Part shown: positions 38,795 to 47,703 of the stretch, piece after piece
Layout of the letters: each line of letters starts with the position of its first letter
Position numbering within the stretch: the stretch's first letter is position 1
Origin: Candidatus Berkelbacteria bacterium
GTDB lineage: Bacteria > Patescibacteriota > UBA1384 > DTJR01
DNA length: 64,000 bases
Assembly: GCA_029865605.1 (NCBI GenBank)
Contig: JAOUGE010000001.1
Span: 19,840 to 83,839, forward strand
Direction of reading: 5' to 3'
Translations under genes and position numbers: made by a program
Notes under the pieces: generated by a model
The model's input: only the letters and a program-made list of their open reading frames with translations
What the model was told of the DNA's origin: nothing
The model's database searches: none

Positions 38795-38818
38795 CGGGCG
38801 CCCCCTGTGGGGCGCCCG
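38795..38818. terminator. Perfect hairpin between convergent genes
   Basis: cgggcgcccc-ctgt-ggggcgcccg. Confidence 0.65.
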
Positions 38819-38824
38819 CGTGAG

Positions 38825-39103
38825 CTATCGCTGTCTTCGGGAAGGAGCATCGTTAGGGGCACCTTTGTAGCGGTGGGCCCGGACGAACTCCCGAAACTGG
38901 ACAGGGCGGAAGTGGCCGGTGAAGGCCACAACCGCTTCGACGGCGGCGAGGGCGAGGCACCAAGCCGCGACGATCCACATCCGGCCACCTTCTGTTGCCA
39001 TCGCGATGCCCAGTGGCACCGAGACGAGGAGGCCGATTGTCGCGAGCCAGGCGAGGTTTACTCGCCAGCACTCTAGCTGGTAGCCGACCGTGTTAACGTG
39101 CAT
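38825..39103 (-). CDS. Small GC-rich two-TM protein
   Basis: Two hydrophobic helices; promoter TTGACA-N17-TATATT; start position uncertain. Confidence 0.55.
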   Translation of the reverse strand: MHVNTVGYQLECWRVNLAWLATIGLLVSVPLGIAMATEGGRMWIVAAWCLALAAVEAVVAFTGHFRPVQFREFVRAHRYKGAPNDAPSRRQR

Positions 39104-39168
39104 GTCGCTCATCCTCTGCAGTGATACCCTGGTCTTGCCGGGGTCCGTCTGTAAAAGAACAACGGTTA

Positions 39169-39231
39169 AATATACCATATCTGAACCTGATTGTCAATGC
39201 GTTGACACCTGTTTTTTCAGGCAGTATGATT
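39169..39231. promoter_or_regulatory. Back-to-back divergent sigma70 promoters
   Basis: TGTCAA-tgcg-TTGACA; each -35 has a 17-nt spacer to TATATT or TATGAT. Confidence 0.75.
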
Positions 39232-39299
39232 AAACTATGAGTCTAGGAGTATGGTTGACTGCTCCTAGGCCAGCTCCTTTCTGGAAGGGGGATGGTCGT

Positions 39300-39890
39300 A
39301 TGCGCACGATGTGTCGCGGACCTTCGTTGATGCTGGTGGCGTTGCTCGTTCTGGCGTTGGCAGCGTTCGCAGTGGGAGCGGCTGGCTGCTCGACCGCGAA
39401 GGCCGACAAGATGACGGCGACAGCGGCTCCAACGATCTTCACGGCAACAGTGGGCATCGACGACGACATCGGTGGGCAGTCCATCTTCACGCAGACGGTA
39501 GCCGCGCGCGGCCCAACCCGAGACGCGGCCGCGGCGCAGACCCTCACCGGCATGATCGCCCAGAAGACGGCCACCACTGACCGCGTGGCGAACGTGGCGA
39601 TCAAGACGATGGACCCGAAGATCGGTGACATCAGTGTCGGGCAGTACCGCCTCCTGGCGGCGGCGTACAACGGTAGCATCGTGGACAACAAAGTGGCGAC
39701 GGCCATGCGCGGCAGCCCAGGCATCGTGGCTTCCCCGACGGCAACCGCCAACGACATCACCGGCAACCGCACGAACGCGGACACGGTGGCACAGACGCTC
39801 TCTCCCCAAGGAGGTCGGCAGGTCCACAAAGTCCTTGTGGCCAACTACCTCGGCACCGGGGGCGCCGGTTGCCAGAAGACCCGCTGCTAA
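39300..39890 (+). CDS. GC-rich Thr/Ala-rich lipoprotein
   Basis: SD ggaaggggg; lipobox AAG-C; strong third-position GC bias. Confidence 0.7.
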   Translation: MRTMCRGPSLMLVALLVLALAAFAVGAAGCSTAKADKMTATAAPTIFTATVGIDDDIGGQSIFTQTVAARGPTRDAAAAQTLTGMIAQKTATTDRVANVAIKTMDPKIGDISVGQYRLLAAAYNGSIVDNKVATAMRGSPGIVASPTATANDITGNRTNADTVAQTLSPQGGRQVHKVLVANYLGTGGAGCQKTRC

Positions 39891-39975
39891 CGACGAAGCG
39901 GCGGGGGGGCAACGGCCCCCAAGACATCCTGGTCGAGTTGGGCCCCTCTGGCCAGCTCGGCCTCGCACTCATACC

Positions 39976-40007
39976 CGGGCGCGGACCCCTTTGTGGGACC
40001 GCGCCCG
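39976..40007 (+). terminator. Hairpin terminator
   Basis: cgggcgcgg...ccgcgcccg. Confidence 0.6.
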
Positions 40008-40083
40008 TTCGCGTTTAATTAGCTTTAATTTTGTGCTAAAATTAAAAAAGAGAAATCCTAATTTGAGTTGAAGGAGGTTTTAG

Positions 40084-40869
40084 GTGATTGTTACTCCCCA
40101 AGCTGGACAGGGTGCTCCGCCAGGGCCCGAAAGCGCTGTCTCACCAGCTCCTGCTGAAGCACCTCCTGCCCCTGCCGTGCCTCCCGTTCCGGAGGCAATA
40201 CCTCCGGCTCCACCGGTTGTGGGGCAAGCTCCACCGGTGGCTGAAGTGGCGCCTGACCTGTCAGCTATTCTAGAAGCTCCTCAAGTGACTGCTCCGGCGG
40301 CAGCGCCGGCGGGCGAAGCGGCTCCTCCACCTCCTGTTGCTCCGCCGCCGACAGAAGAATTGATTGAAAACCCTTCGCAGCCTGGAGCTCTTGAGGGGTT
40401 AGAAACGGCAGTTGCTGCTCCTCCCATTCCGGCTGATCAAGGCAATATCGGTGAAACCGCGGCGGCTGATGTTGTGGCAGCCGCAGAGCCAACTGCTCCC
40501 TCAATTCCTACACCCGATCAAGCTCCGGTGATTGACGCAGCGGGGGTCGCTCCGGCAGCTCAAACCGAAACCGCTCCATCAGCCCCGGCTGGCCTCTCGG
40601 AAATGCCTGCAACGACACCTCCCCCCGAAGCCGTTGCTCCCCCCGTATCTGAACCTGCCGCTCCAGTCGCGCCAGAACCGATTGTTACACCCCCCGCGTC
40701 TGAACCCGTTATAGGTTCAATTAGTCCAGAAGTAGCCAGACCCGTTGAGCAATTGACTGATGAGGAATTGCAGGGACAAGCTGTAGGTGGTCATTTAGCG
40801 CTTGATGAACTGGCGAGGAGAAGAGCTGAAAGGGGCGCAGAACAAAATATAACCCGGGAGGCGGCATAA
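40084..40869 (+). CDS. Pro/Ala-rich disordered protein
   Basis: SD aaggagg; almost entirely low complexity, with a short C-terminal helix. Confidence 0.65.
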   Translation: MIVTPQAGQGAPPGPESAVSPAPAEAPPAPAVPPVPEAIPPAPPVVGQAPPVAEVAPDLSAILEAPQVTAPAAAPAGEAAPPPPVAPPPTEELIENPSQPGALEGLETAVAAPPIPADQGNIGETAAADVVAAAEPTAPSIPTPDQAPVIDAAGVAPAAQTETAPSAPAGLSEMPATTPPPEAVAPPVSEPAAPVAPEPIVTPPASEPVIGSISPEVARPVEQLTDEELQGQAVGGHLALDELARRRAERGAEQNITREAA

Positions 40870-41519
40870 TGGCATCACTTGACGTTTTATATCTAATCTT
40901 GGGGGTTTGCGTTGTTGTTATCACCGTAACGATTGTTTGGCTTGCCAGCGAAACAAGACAGCTAGTGCGCTCACTTAAACGCTCGGCTCAGGATACCGAA
41001 GTTGTAACCAAGGAAATAAAGGAGAAGGTTCTGCTGGTCGGCGAGGCGCTTGATCGGGCTGGAACGGCTGCTACGACCGTCATTGGTCTGATTGAGGATG
41101 CGATTGAGCAAATCGAAGAAAAGCGCGACCAGATTGTCGGCTCAATTGGTCTTCTGACCGGTGCTGGAAAGTACGTAAAACAGCGTCGCGAAGGGGCAAA
41201 AAAGGAAAAAGCAGAAGCAGGAAAAGAGAAAAAAGAAGTTCCGAGAGCGGAGGTTAAAGAGAAGCCTAAGGAATTGGAGAAGAAAGAAATTAAAAACGAA
41301 GAAGTAGAAACCCCCGAGCCGATTAGCGAGAAGAAGAATATGGGTTCATTTGTCCTTGGTCAGAAAAAAGTGGAAACATCCCCGCCTATGCAAGCTCGTG
41401 ATGATGAAGAGTCAAAGAAAACCAAGACAGAGAATAAGCCGGACGCATCTCGACTCTCGCCTCGGTTCGAGTCGAAGCGGGTCGGTAAAGACGAGGCAGA
41501 AGAGTTAGATAAGAAATAA
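40869..41519 (+). CDS. Membrane-anchored coiled-coil protein (DUF948-like) with a Lys/Glu-rich tail
   Basis: N-terminal TM helix, heptad region; contains a repeat element at 41456-41485. Confidence 0.7.
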   Translation: MASLDVLYLILGVCVVVITVTIVWLASETRQLVRSLKRSAQDTEVVTKEIKEKVLLVGEALDRAGTAATTVIGLIEDAIEQIEEKRDQIVGSIGLLTGAGKYVKQRREGAKKEKAEAGKEKKEVPRAEVKEKPKELEKKEIKNEEVETPEPISEKKNMGSFVLGQKKVETSPPMQARDDEESKKTKTENKPDASRLSPRFESKRVGKDEAEELDKK

Positions 41520-41526
41520 ACCAACC

Positions 41527-42306
41527 ATGAAGCGAAAACTTAGCGCAAGGAGATGGCTGGTTTTTTTGTTGGTTTTACTCGCTCTTTTGGCGGTAGCATT
41601 TTTTATTACGAAATATTATCTCTCACAAGATGCGGTGACCGAGAGAGAGAAGGCAAAGCTGCCGACTCTGTCGGCAGGTCAGTCTCCGGTCTCTAGCGTC
41701 CAGTCTCCAACCGCCAACCCATCTCCATCAATAAATTCCATACCAGAGGAATTGAATTTAGATGTACCGTTTACTCCACAGGCACCGCACGCTAATTGGG
41801 ATTATACCCACGAGGAGGCCTGCGAGGAGGCGGCAGTTTTGATGGCCGGGAGATATTTCAGGGGGCAAGGAATTTCTGGGGCCGATGACGCGGAAAAGGG
41901 ATTGCAGGAAATTATCGGCTGGGAAAAAGAGAACTTGGGATTTTTCGAGTCGACTACAGCCGAAGAAACAGTCAGGGTTATAAAAGGAATTTATGGCTTG
42001 AATGCGCAGGTCATTGAAAATCCGACAGTTGGGCAGACGAAGGTGGCATTGGCGCAGGGAAAATTGGTATTGAGTCCATCAGCCGGCCGGGAAATCGGCA
42101 ACCCATTTTATAAAAGTCCGGGGCCCCTATATCATATACTTTTAATCAAGGGCTATACGAAGGACAAATTTATCACCAACGATGCTGGGACGAAAAGAGG
42201 AGAGAACTATCCTTATGTTTTTAAAACGGTGCTTGACGCCAACCACGACTGGAATGGTGGGAATGTGGGAGACGGTCGCAAACTGATGATTGTTGTTTCG
42301 CGCTAG
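41527..42306 (+). CDS. Membrane-anchored C39-like peptidase
   Basis: VPFTPQAP, ACEEAA, YHILLIKGY, ITNDAGT. Confidence 0.85.
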   Translation: MKRKLSARRWLVFLLVLLALLAVAFFITKYYLSQDAVTEREKAKLPTLSAGQSPVSSVQSPTANPSPSINSIPEELNLDVPFTPQAPHANWDYTHEEACEEAAVLMAGRYFRGQGISGADDAEKGLQEIIGWEKENLGFFESTTAEETVRVIKGIYGLNAQVIENPTVGQTKVALAQGKLVLSPSAGREIGNPFYKSPGPLYHILLIKGYTKDKFITNDAGTKRGENYPYVFKTVLDANHDWNGGNVGDGRKLMIVVSR

Positions 42307-42437
42307 CCTACTCAAATCCGAGACGGTTCGCACTTAGTACAGATTGACAAAGAGGGCTCTTTATGGTTCAATTTAGGCATCTCGTTGCCACGGATGAAGC
42401 ATAAACTACACTACCCGTAAGGGAGGGAGGGACTGCC

Positions 42438-42647
42438 GTGGGAGAAAGCTGTATGTGCAGCGTCGCAGAAGGCCCTACTGGGGTTGTCATTAGGTCGCTT
42501 GCCAGACAGGGTCGCCAGCAGCACTGCAAGACCGGAGACCGGAACGGCCACGAGCCCGAGCACTTTGGCAACCCCTACTCGGCGAAGGAGTGTGCCGAGG
42601 TAGGTTGCCCGAACAGGGCAGAGTGTGGAGGTAACGGCTCCGGATAA
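42438..42647 (+). CDS. Small Cys-rich GC-rich protein
   Basis: Strong SD agggagggaggga with GTG start; upstream TTGACA; 6 Cys in 69 aa. Confidence 0.5.
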   Translation: MGESCMCSVAEGPTGVVIRSLARQGRQQHCKTGDRNGHEPEHFGNPYSAKECAEVGCPNRAECGGNGSG

Positions 42648-42823
42648 CGCACCAACGACAAGCTAACACGGGCAGCGAGATGCCAGGGGGACGCTCCCGC
42701 TCTGGGAGGGTAGCGGGTGCATTGTCCCGTCTTACCTATCGAGGGCGCCCCCCAACTTTTTGTAGAATCCCCCGCGAGGTGGATTTTTTTGTCCGCTTTT
42801 GGTAGGATTTCTTCGGTTAGCAA

Positions 42824-42855
42824 GGCCCTGTCGTCTAGTGGTTAGGACGCGAGGT
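42824..42855 (+). pseudogene. Orphan 5' half of a tRNA-Glu-like gene
   Basis: ggccctgtcgtctagtggttaggacgcgaggt covers the acceptor 5' strand, D arm and anticodon 5' stem, then stops. Confidence 0.65.
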
Positions 42856-42878
42856 ACATTATAATAAATTCAATTGGG

Positions 42879-42953
42879 GGTCCCATCGTCTAGTGGTCAG
42901 GACGCAAGGTTCTCATCCTTGTAACGGGAGTTCGACTCTCCCTGGGATCACCA
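42879..42953 (+). tRNA. tRNA-Glu (anticodon CTC)
   Basis: GGTCCCA/TGGGATC acceptor, CAAGG-TTCTCAT-CCTTG anticodon arm, GTTCGACT, CCA. Confidence 0.95.
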
Positions 42954-43087
42954 TAGTGGATTTATCAAAAGAATTAGCTTTTTGTTTTGAACACTTTGAT
43001 ATTGACTTTTTAAGATAAAAAGGGAAAATACAAGGCGATTTTCGCACCTCGATAGAGAGCAAGACTACTAGGGAGGAGGATGGAGCG

Positions 43088-43738
43088 ATGTTGCAGCTCA
43101 TAGCTGTGTTTGTCGTAGCAGCTCTGGCTGGACCCTCGCTATCCGTTCCCCGCTTGCCAGAGACATCCGGCAAGCCCTGCGCATGCACTAGTAGCGCTCC
43201 CCTTGCCGCGACTGCGGCGCGAATCCCAGCTATTTCTCCGGGCAAAGAACCTCAACTGGTTCTCGCCCGACCTGCCGCAGAATTGGCAGAACCCCTGCCG
43301 CTCTCGCTCCAGGCGCTTGTGGAGAGGATTGAGGGAGATCCGAATGCGCCGGAGTGGAAGAGGACTGTCACCCAGCGGATTCGCGCTCGCCGGATAGGAC
43401 GCTTTGACGCGTATCTAACGGCGTACTGCACGGACTCCTCCGCCGACTCGACGGGTGGAGGGCCGTGCGCCGCTTGGGACGGTATCCCACTTCGCTGGGG
43501 GCACGCCGCCAGCGACTGGCGGCATGTCCCAAAAGGCACAGTCCTCTTCGTCGGGCCGCCCGTTGACGCGATCTTGATCGTTGTCGACAACGGCCCGGGC
43601 GTTAAGGGCCCAGGCCGGCTTGATATATGCACGACAGACGGAAGCGTTTACAGGCTGCTGAGCCGGCAGATTAGTGCTGGTCAGCCCGCGGCCTGTTGGC
43701 GCCTTGGACGAAAAACGACATCAGCGGAAGCGCGCTAG
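43088..43738 (+). CDS. Secreted 3D-domain (MltA-type) lytic transglycosylase-like protein, GC-rich
   Basis: Signal peptide; LTAY, AASDWRHVPKGT, VVDNGP, RLDI; SD ggaggagg. Confidence 0.75.
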   Translation: MLQLIAVFVVAALAGPSLSVPRLPETSGKPCACTSSAPLAATAARIPAISPGKEPQLVLARPAAELAEPLPLSLQALVERIEGDPNAPEWKRTVTQRIRARRIGRFDAYLTAYCTDSSADSTGGGPCAAWDGIPLRWGHAASDWRHVPKGTVLFVGPPVDAILIVVDNGPGVKGPGRLDICTTDGSVYRLLSRQISAGQPAACWRLGRKTTSAEAR

Positions 43739-43766
43739 CGCTTCCGCGATCGAGGTGTGATGACCT

Positions 43767-43811
43767 GTGGCCGCCCTTGATTTCGCCCACGGGCGGAATC
43801 GGGGCGGCCAC
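43767..43811 (+). terminator. GC-rich hairpin
   Basis: gtggccgccc...gggcggccac. Confidence 0.6.
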
Positions 43812-43866
43812 TATGACGTTAAATTGCTTTGATTTATAACCTCAAGACGTGATAAGATTTCGACGT

Positions 43867-44547
43867 ATGGCAAAAAAAGAAATTGTTATTAAAGCAAAAG
43901 ATTTGCAAAAAACCTACCGTCTCGGTAGGCGAAATTATGTTAATGCCTTAAATGGCGTTGATTTTGAGCTGGAAAAGAGTGATTTTGTTGCTCTAGTTGG
44001 TCCTTCGGGATCGGGTAAATCAACTTTTATGCACCTTGTTGGCCTTTTGCAGGCACCATCGGCTGGGAAAATTTGGATTAAAGGCGAGGAAATGACCAAG
44101 GTATCAAAAAGATCTTATCCGCGTTTTCGGGCCGAACATATCGGTTTTGTTTTTCAGGGTTTTAACTTAATCCCGACTTTAACTGCTAAAGAAAATGTAA
44201 TGCTTTCCGGCCGCTACGCCGGCATGAGCCATCGCTTAGCCAGAGATCATGCTGAAGAGCTTTTGGCTAAGTTTGGCCTTCAAGATAGAATGAATCACAA
44301 ACCGGATGAACTTTCCGGCGGTCAGCAGCAACGAGTTGCCATTGCTCGGGCCTTGATCAACAGTCCGGCGATAATCCTTGCCGATGAGCCGACAGGGGAA
44401 CTTGACAGTAAAACTTCAAGGGAGGTTGTGGAGATGTTGAAAGAGCTTAATAGCTCAGGCCAGACGATTTTGATTGTTACCCACAATACCGAGGTGGCAA
44501 AAATGGCAAAAAAGATTGTAGAAATGAAGGATGGCAGGATCGTATGA
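43867..44547 (+). CDS. ABC transporter ATP-binding protein (LolD/MacB family)
   Basis: GPSGSGKS, LSGGQQQRVAIARAL, LADEPTG. Confidence 0.93.
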   Translation: MAKKEIVIKAKDLQKTYRLGRRNYVNALNGVDFELEKSDFVALVGPSGSGKSTFMHLVGLLQAPSAGKIWIKGEEMTKVSKRSYPRFRAEHIGFVFQGFNLIPTLTAKENVMLSGRYAGMSHRLARDHAEELLAKFGLQDRMNHKPDELSGGQQQRVAIARALINSPAIILADEPTGELDSKTSREVVEMLKELNSSGQTILIVTHNTEVAKMAKKIVEMKDGRIV

Positions 44548-45776
44548 TTTTTATCTGGCTAATTAAAGAAGCTTTTGTTTCGCTCTGGCGGCATAAACTG
44601 CGCTCCTTTTTCGCTGTGGTAGGGGTGATGGTGGGAATCGCGGCGGTGATCGCTTTAGTTTCAATCGGCAAAGGGGTCGAGAAAGACGTCAAAAAGACCG
44701 TTGAGGGTGTGGGAACGAATTTGATCGTTGTTTTATCCGGCAAGATTGATACCTCGCAAAGTAATTTTAATCAGAGTGCAATGGGCAATCCGGCCAACTT
44801 TATTTCTGGCGATATATTAAAACGCCAGGATGCCGACGAGATCGCAAAAGTTGAAGGGGTAAAGGCGGTTGCACCGATTGCTCTGGCTTCGGGCAGCATA
44901 AGACGCGACGGCCAAACTTCGACCTCGATGATTATGGGAACTTATCCTCAGATAAAAGATGTTATGACTGGTTTTAGTATCAGGTACGGAAGGTTTTTGG
45001 ATGATTCTGATAGCAATAAACAAAATATTGTCGTTGGTGATTTTGTAAAAGAACAGCTTTTTGGAGATAAGGATAATATCGTTGGCGAGAAAGTAATGGT
45101 GGGCAAAGACGAATTTGAAATTATCGGCCAGCTTGAAAAACCCAAAGACGCTGGAGCGCTTTTTTCGTCAGACTACGAGTCAATTGCCATTATATCGATG
45201 GGCGAGGCAAAGCGTTTAAACGGCGGCGCAGACAAGATATTGAGGATCGCGGTATCGGCTAAAGACTCGACGGATGTTAGTGCAACGGTCGAGAGGATTA
45301 AGCAGAATATGCTTCTACGCCATAAGGACGACGAATTTTCGGTTTTAACGCAGGAAGATCTTTTGGATATGATTTCATCAATAATTAGTCTTTTGACAAC
45401 AGCAGTAACGGCAATCGCGGCGATATCTCTAATTGTTGGCGGAATCGGTATTTCCTCGGTAATGTTTATGTCTGTGGCTGATAGAACTAGGGAAATTGGC
45501 ATTAGGAAAGCGCTTGGCGCTACCAGCGTATTGATTATGTTTCAGTTTTTAGTTGAGTCGGTAGTTTTGGCGGTTTTGGGTGGTGCTTTGGGGCTGGTGC
45601 TGGCTTTGGCTGTCAACGAAGTTGTTGATGCCAAGACGGTTATTGAGCCAAGCGTTACGGTTTCGGTTGTAATTTTGGCTCTTGCTTTTTGTATGGGTGT
45701 GGGAGTTCTCTTTGGGCTTCTTCCCGCCGCGCGGGCGGCGATGAAAGATCCGGTCGAAGCTTTGCGTCAGGGTTAA
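44544..45776 (+). CDS. ABC transporter permease (MacB/FtsX family)
   Basis: RTREIGIRKALGA, PAARAAMKDPVEALR. Confidence 0.93.
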   Translation: MIFIWLIKEAFVSLWRHKLRSFFAVVGVMVGIAAVIALVSIGKGVEKDVKKTVEGVGTNLIVVLSGKIDTSQSNFNQSAMGNPANFISGDILKRQDADEIAKVEGVKAVAPIALASGSIRRDGQTSTSMIMGTYPQIKDVMTGFSIRYGRFLDDSDSNKQNIVVGDFVKEQLFGDKDNIVGEKVMVGKDEFEIIGQLEKPKDAGALFSSDYESIAIISMGEAKRLNGGADKILRIAVSAKDSTDVSATVERIKQNMLLRHKDDEFSVLTQEDLLDMISSIISLLTTAVTAIAAISLIVGGIGISSVMFMSVADRTREIGIRKALGATSVLIMFQFLVESVVLAVLGGALGLVLALAVNEVVDAKTVIEPSVTVSVVILALAFCMGVGVLFGLLPAARAAMKDPVEALRQG

Positions 45777-45824
45777 AGCGAAGATCCCGCTTTGCGGGGT
45801 CGAAGCCCTAAGACAGGGATAATA

Positions 45825-46364
45825 ATGAAATTAGGTAGAGCTTTTTTCGAGAGATTTACTTTAGATGTGGCAAGAGAGCTTTTGGGGAAGGTAATTGTCC
45901 GCAAAATAGGTAAAAAATTGATTAGAGCACGGATTGTTGAGACGGAGGCCTATTGCGGAGAGGAAGATCAGGCTTGCCATGCGCGCATAGGCCGTACCAA
46001 GAGAAACGAAGTGATGTACGGACCCGCCGGCCATGCCTATATTTATTTGTGTTATGGAATTCATGAGCTTTTGAATATTGTAACGCAAGAAAAGGGTTGC
46101 CCCGAGGCGGTGTTAATTAGAAAGGTCGAGCCGTTGACAAGAAGTAATTTAAAATCATACGGCCCAGGTAACTTAACCAGATACTTACAGATTACAAGAG
46201 CACTAAACAGTGAAGATTTGACCAAAAGTAAGGTTTTTTGGATTGAAGACGACGGTTTTATTGTAGAAAAATCTCAAATTAAGTCGGCCGAGCGGATTGG
46301 CGTTTCTTACGCCGGAAAATGGGCGAAGAAAAAGTGGCGGTTTTTGAATGGAGCAAAAACCTAA
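45825..46364 (+). CDS. mpg: DNA-3-methyladenine glycosylase (AAG/MPG)
   Basis: IVETEAY, YIYLCYGIH, AVLIR, GPG, RIGV. Confidence 0.92.
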   Translation: MKLGRAFFERFTLDVARELLGKVIVRKIGKKLIRARIVETEAYCGEEDQACHARIGRTKRNEVMYGPAGHAYIYLCYGIHELLNIVTQEKGCPEAVLIRKVEPLTRSNLKSYGPGNLTRYLQITRALNSEDLTKSKVFWIEDDGFIVEKSQIKSAERIGVSYAGKWAKKKWRFLNGAKT

Positions 46365-46406
46365 TCCGTAGTTGAACGAGACGGTTTCTTCTGATAAATT
46401 TGTTAT

Positions 46407-47687
46407 ATGAAGCTTTCCGAACTTTTCACTAAAACCAGCAAGCAAATGCCTTCTGATGAGCAGTCGGTCTCGGCTCAACTTTTAGAACGCGCCGGATATA
46501 TTAATAAGGAAGCAGCTGGCGTTTATTCGCTCTTGCCGCTCGGGCTTAGGGTCATAAATAATATTACGAACATTATTCGTCAAGAGATGGATGCGGTTGG
46601 TGGTCAGGAAATATTGATGTCTGGCTTAATTCCAAAATCAAATTTGGAACAGACCGGTCGCTGGGAAAGCTTTGAGGCATTGTACCGACTCAAGGGTGCA
46701 GATGACAAGGAATATGGCTTGGGGGCTACGCACGAGGAGATTATTTCTCCGCTAGTCAAAAAATACGTTCAATCCTATAGGGATCTGCCGGTCGCCATTT
46801 ATCAAATTCAAGACAAGTTTAGAAACGAAATCAGAGCTAAGTCAGGCGTTTTGCGCACTAGAGAATTTTTAATGAAAGATCTTTACTCGTTCCACGCGGA
46901 CCAGGAGGGTTTGGATAAATATTACGAGCAGGTTAAAGAAGCGTACTGGAAAATATTCGAGCGCTGCGTAATTAAAGATAAAACTTATTTGACCTTGGCT
47001 TCTGGCGGGACGTTCTCTAAGTATTCGCATGAGTTTCAAACTGAAACAGAGGCGGGCGAAGACGAAATTTATGTTTGTAAAAGCTGTCGGATTGGTTTGA
47101 ATAAAGAGATTTTAGAAGGGGAATATGAATGTCCGGAGTGCAAAAATCGCGAACATGAAGTTAAGAAAACCATTGAAGTTGGCAATATTTTCAAACTCGG
47201 AACAAAGTATTCTAAGCCGTTTGAGCTAAATTTTGTCGATCAATCGGGCAAGCCACAGCCGGTTATAATGGGCTGTTACGGTATAGGTCTGCAAAGATTG
47301 ATGGGAGCGATTGTTGAGGTTTATCACGATGAAAAGGGTATAGTCTGGCCAAACAATGAGATTGCGCCTTTTGTGGCGCATCTCATTGAGTTAAAAGTTG
47401 AAAGTGGTAGGCCAGCGGAGCTGGGGATGGAAGGGCCAAAGGGGAAGGGACAGAACACAGCAGATGAGATATATAATCAATTGCTAGAGGCAGGAATTGA
47501 GGTTTTATACGATGACCGTGAAGATATTTCCGCCGGCGAGAAATTTGCCGATGCTGATTTACTTGGTATTCCTTGCCGGCTAGTTATAAGTGAAAAAACA
47601 GGGGATAAAGTAGAAATAAAAAATAGAAGCAAAGACCAGACAGAGCTCGTTCCGAAAGAAGAATTGATTAGCAAACTTAGAACTTAG
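46407..47687 (+). CDS. proS: Proline--tRNA ligase (short form, no editing domain)
   Basis: THEE, KFRNEIR, REFLMKDLYSF, EVGNIFKLG, MGCYGIG. Confidence 0.95.
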   Translation: MKLSELFTKTSKQMPSDEQSVSAQLLERAGYINKEAAGVYSLLPLGLRVINNITNIIRQEMDAVGGQEILMSGLIPKSNLEQTGRWESFEALYRLKGADDKEYGLGATHEEIISPLVKKYVQSYRDLPVAIYQIQDKFRNEIRAKSGVLRTREFLMKDLYSFHADQEGLDKYYEQVKEAYWKIFERCVIKDKTYLTLASGGTFSKYSHEFQTETEAGEDEIYVCKSCRIGLNKEILEGEYECPECKNREHEVKKTIEVGNIFKLGTKYSKPFELNFVDQSGKPQPVIMGCYGIGLQRLMGAIVEVYHDEKGIVWPNNEIAPFVAHLIELKVESGRPAELGMEGPKGKGQNTADEIYNQLLEAGIEVLYDDREDISAGEKFADADLLGIPCRLVISEKTGDKVEIKNRSKDQTELVPKEELISKLRT

Positions 47688-47703
47688 TGCTATTAACTCG
47701 AGG

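Noticed and set aside
37637-43811. 3' hairpins of the GC-rich genes as integron attC sites (shared cccacgggcgg at about 37638 and 43787)
   Set aside because: No consistent RYYYAAC/GTTRRRY cores, no tandem array and no integrase.
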